Assembly (NCBI GenBank): GCA_965216325.1
Contig: OZ244160.1
Span: 2,496,001-2,560,000 of the forward strand
Reading direction: 5' to 3'
Length of the DNA stretch: 64,000 nt
Origin: Coraliomargarita sp.
GTDB lineage: Bacteria > Verrucomicrobiota > Verrucomicrobiia > Opitutales > Coraliomargaritaceae
Position 1 is the first letter of the stretch. Each line of letters opens with the position of its first letter. The translations under genes and the position numbers were made by a program. Below the pieces are notes generated by a model. It did not search any database, was not told the DNA's origin, and saw only the letters and a list, made by a program, of their open reading frames with translations. Below are positions 61,403 through 64,000 of the stretch, in pieces.

Positions 61403-62812
61403 TTATGCGCTATGGATGGCGTTGCCGTCGACCGCGAGGGCGGCTTCCTTCATCGCTTCGCTCATGGTCGGGTGTGCGTGGATGGTGCGGCCGAGGTCTT
61501 CTGCGCTGCCGCCGTATTCCATGTGGCTGACTGCATTCGCGATAAGCTCAGATGCGCCCTTGCCGATTACCTGCACGCCTAGAAGTCGGTCGGTTTCCTT
61601 GTCGGCAATCACTTTAACGAAACCGTCTGTGCCATCCGAGGCAATCGCGCGGCCGTTGGCTGCGAAATTGAACTTGCCTGTCTTGATCGCGATGCCTTGT
61701 TCCTTGGCTTGTGCCTCGGTGATACCGACGCCGGCGATTTCAGGCTCAGTGTAGATCACGTTTGGAATGACGTCGTAATTGACGTGACCAGCTTGGCCTG
61801 CAATACGCTCAACACACGCGACACCTTCTTCTTCAGCCTTGTGCGCAAGCATCGGGCCAGCGATGACGTCGCCGATCGCGTAGACGCCATCGACGGAGGT
61901 CTTGAAATGCGTGTCGACGGGGATGCGTCCCTTTTCGTCGGTGGTGATGCCAACGGTCTTAAGTCCGAGCCCTTCGGTGTTCGGCTTGCGGCCTACTGCA
62001 ACGAGGATCTTGTCGGCTTCGATCTCAAGGAGTTCGCCCTTCTTGTCCTCCGCAGTGAGGTAGGTCTTGCCTGCGTCCTTCTTCAGTCCGGTGACCTTGG
62101 TGCTCAGGTGGAAGTTGAGGCCTTGCTTCTTGAAGAGGCGCTCAGCCATCTTGGAAACATCCTTGTCGTATGCGGCAGCAACTGCTGGAAGGAATTCGAC
62201 GACGGTAACTTCAGATCCGAGGCGTGCCCAAACCGAGCCGAGTTCGAGGCCGATCGCACCTGCGCCAACAACTGCTAGCTTTTCCGGCACCTTGTCGAAG
62301 GCAATGGCTTCGGTGCTGCTGACCACCGTTTCGCCGTCTTGTGGGAGGAAGGGCAGGTCGATCACGGAGGAACCCGTTGCGATCACAATGTGCTTCGCAG
62401 CAAGGAGGGCTTCTTCCTTACCACCACTGACGCGAACCTTGCCTTCGCCTTCGAGGGAGCCGAGGCCGTTGAAAACTTCGATTTTGTTGGCCTTCATTAA
62501 GTGGGCGACGCCACCGCAAAGTTGCTCAACGGTCTTGTCCTTCTTCGCCATGAGCTTCTCGATGCTGATCGAGAGATTCGTCAGATCGATGCCGTGATCG
62601 GCCGCGCCGTGACCCGCGAAGTGGAACATCTCAGTCGAGTGAAGGAGGGCCTTACTTGGAATGCAGCCCACGTTGAGGCAGGTGCCACCCAAGGTTGGGT
62701 TCTTTTCGACGATGGCAGTCTTGAAGCCGAGCTGAGCGCTGCGGATGGCTGCCACGTAGCCGCCAGGGCCGGAGCCGATGACGACGAGATCAAATTGTTG
62801 TGTTTCGGACAT
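61403..62812 (-). CDS. lpdA: Dihydrolipoyl dehydrogenase (E3)
   Basis: [37 protein letters not shown]. Confidence 0.98.
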   Translation of the reverse strand: MSETQQFDLVVIGSGPGGYVAAIRSAQLGFKTAIVEKNPTLGGTCLNVGCIPSKALLHSTEMFHFAGHGAADHGIDLTNLSISIEKLMAKKDKTVEQLCGGVAHLMKANKIEVFNGLGSLEGEGKVRVSGGKEEALLAAKHIVIATGSSVIDLPFLPQDGETVVSSTEAIAFDKVPEKLAVVGAGAIGLELGSVWARLGSEVTVVEFLPAVAAAYDKDVSKMAERLFKKQGLNFHLSTKVTGLKKDAGKTYLTAEDKKGELLEIEADKILVAVGRKPNTEGLGLKTVGITTDEKGRIPVDTHFKTSVDGVYAIGDVIAGPMLAHKAEEEGVACVERIAGQAGHVNYDVIPNVIYTEPEIAGVGITEAQAKEQGIAIKTGKFNFAANGRAIASDGTDGFVKVIADKETDRLLGVQVIGKGASELIANAVSHMEYGGSAEDLGRTIHAHPTMSEAMKEAALAVDGNAIHSA

Positions 62813-62831
62813 GGTAACTTGGCTGCGCCAA

Positions 62832-62866
62832 AGTTGAGAGTTGTTAGTTGGAAGTGGTTAGTTGGG
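62832..62866. repeat. Five degenerate 7-bp tandem units
   Basis: AGTTGAG AGTTGTT AGTTGGA AGTGGTT AGTTGGG directly after the sucB stop. Confidence 0.65.
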
Positions 62867-64000
62867 CTAGATGCCGAAAAGCAAGCGGCTTGGGTCTTCG
62901 ATCGCTTCCTTGACCTTGACGAGGAAGGTGACTGCTTCCTTGCCGTCGATCAGACGGTGGTCGTAACTGAGTGCCAGATACATCATCGGGCGTGCGACAA
63001 TTTCGCCGTTCACTACCATCGCGCGCTGCTGGATGTTGTGTAGGCCTAGGATCGCTGGCTGTGGATAGTTGATGATGGGGGTGCTGAGCATAGAGCCGTA
63101 GATACCACCGTTGGAGATGGTGAAGACGCCACCTTGCAGGTCGCTCATTTGGATCTTACCTTCACGCGCAAGCTTCGCGTAGCCAAGAATGTCCTGTTCG
63201 ATCTGAGCGAAGTTCTTCTGATCGCAATCGCGAACGACTGGAACCATCAGGCCCTTGTCGGTGCCAACTGCAACGCCCACGTCGTAATAGTGCTGGCTGA
63301 CGATTTCGTTGCCTTCGATGCGTGCGTTGACTTCAGGGACCGCTTGTAGCGCGTGTGTTACCGCCTTGGTGAAGAAAGACATGAAGCCCAGCTTGATGCC
63401 GTGACGTGCCACGAAGTCTTCTTGGTGCGCCTTACGCAGCTTCATAACTGCACTCATGTCGACTTCGTTGAAGGTCGTCAGCATCGCAGACTGTTGAGTC
63501 GCGTTGACGAGGTGCTCGGCAATTTTCTTGCGCAGTGGTGTCATCTTCTTGCGGCTCTCGCGCTCGCCAGCAGGAATTGCTGGCTTAGCAGGCTTCGCAG
63601 GAGTTGGTGCGGCGGCAGGTACCGCTGCCGCTGGCGCAGGCGCGCTAAGGATGTCGTTCTTGGTCACGCGGCCGTCCTTGCCGGAACCTGCTACAGACTT
63701 TACGTCGACACCGGTTTCTTCGGCTGCCTTGCGTGCCGCAGGAGAGAGGGTTGCTTCAGGATCGACCTTCGCAGCTGGAGCGGCTGCAGGTGCTTCGGCT
63801 GCAGCAGGCGCTGCGCTGTCGGCGGGGGCGTCGGCTGCTGGGGCAGCGCCGCCAGCTGGAGCGGCAGCGGATTCGTCGATGACTGCAACGACTTCACCGA
63901 TTTCCACTTCTTCGTCGGCTTCCACCTTGATGGAGATGACGCCAGAGACTTCAGCAACGGCTTCAGACGTGATTTTGTCAGTTTCGAGTTCGAAGATCGC
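62867..64000 (-). CDS. sucB: 2-oxoglutarate dehydrogenase E2, dihydrolipoyllysine succinyltransferase (5' end outside the window)
   Basis: Frame open to the window edge with lipoyl motif [44 protein letters not shown]. Confidence 0.96.
   Translation of the reverse strand, partial: AIFELETDKITSEAVAEVSGVISIKVEADEEVEIGEVVAVIDESAAAPAGGAAPAADAPADSAAPAAAEAPAAAPAAKVDPEATLSPAARKAAEETGVDVKSVAGSGKDGRVTKNDILSAPAPAAAVPAAAPTPAKPAKPAIPAGERESRKKMTPLRKKIAEHLVNATQQSAMLTTFNEVDMSAVMKLRKAHQEDFVARHGIKLGFMSFFTKAVTHALQAVPEVNARIEGNEIVSQHYYDVGVAVGTDKGLMVPVVRDCDQKNFAQIEQDILGYAKLAREGKIQMSDLQGGVFTISNGGIYGSMLSTPIINYPQPAILGLHNIQQRAMVVNGEIVARPMMYLALSYDHRLIDGKEAVTFLVKVKEAIEDPSRLLFGI

Noticed and set aside
63560..63870. GC-rich repetitive stretch in sucB
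   Set aside because: Ordinary Ala/Pro linkers of an E2 subunit.

Overview
64 kb of bacterial chromosome, mostly housekeeping. The PEP-CTERM gene and the style of intergenic repeats suggest Verrucomicrobiota (Opitutales, Coraliomargarita-like); this is inference only. Core genes: rpmI-rplT, yggS, xseA, yicC, pyrB-pyrC, aroC, ffs (SRP RNA)-dnaX, tRNA(CAT), an RND efflux operon, an ABC exporter cluster, and sucB (partial)-lpdA. No integrase, transposase, prophage or CRISPR array was seen. Most notable observations: (1) dnaX stops right after an A10 run and continues in the -1 frame into a tau-like C-terminus, so the long form would need slippage or frameshifting. (2) A tightly coupled GtrA-sulfotransferase-GT4-deacetylase operon could make a sulfated amino-sugar glycolipid. 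(3) A phosphoglycosyl transferase-ACP-SDR-acyl ligase operon lies near an OlsF-like double acyltransferase. (4) Several proteins look degenerate or cryptic: an ECF sigma/anti-sigma-like fusion, a CobW-like pseudo-GTPase and a PI3K/HipA-like kinase. (5) A PAS-SpoIIE phosphatase is split by one in-frame TAA. (6) There is a 63-bp duplication of a tRNA 3' end, several GTAG-REP-like families and small gene remnants. All family assignments come from motifs read by eye, with no database searches.
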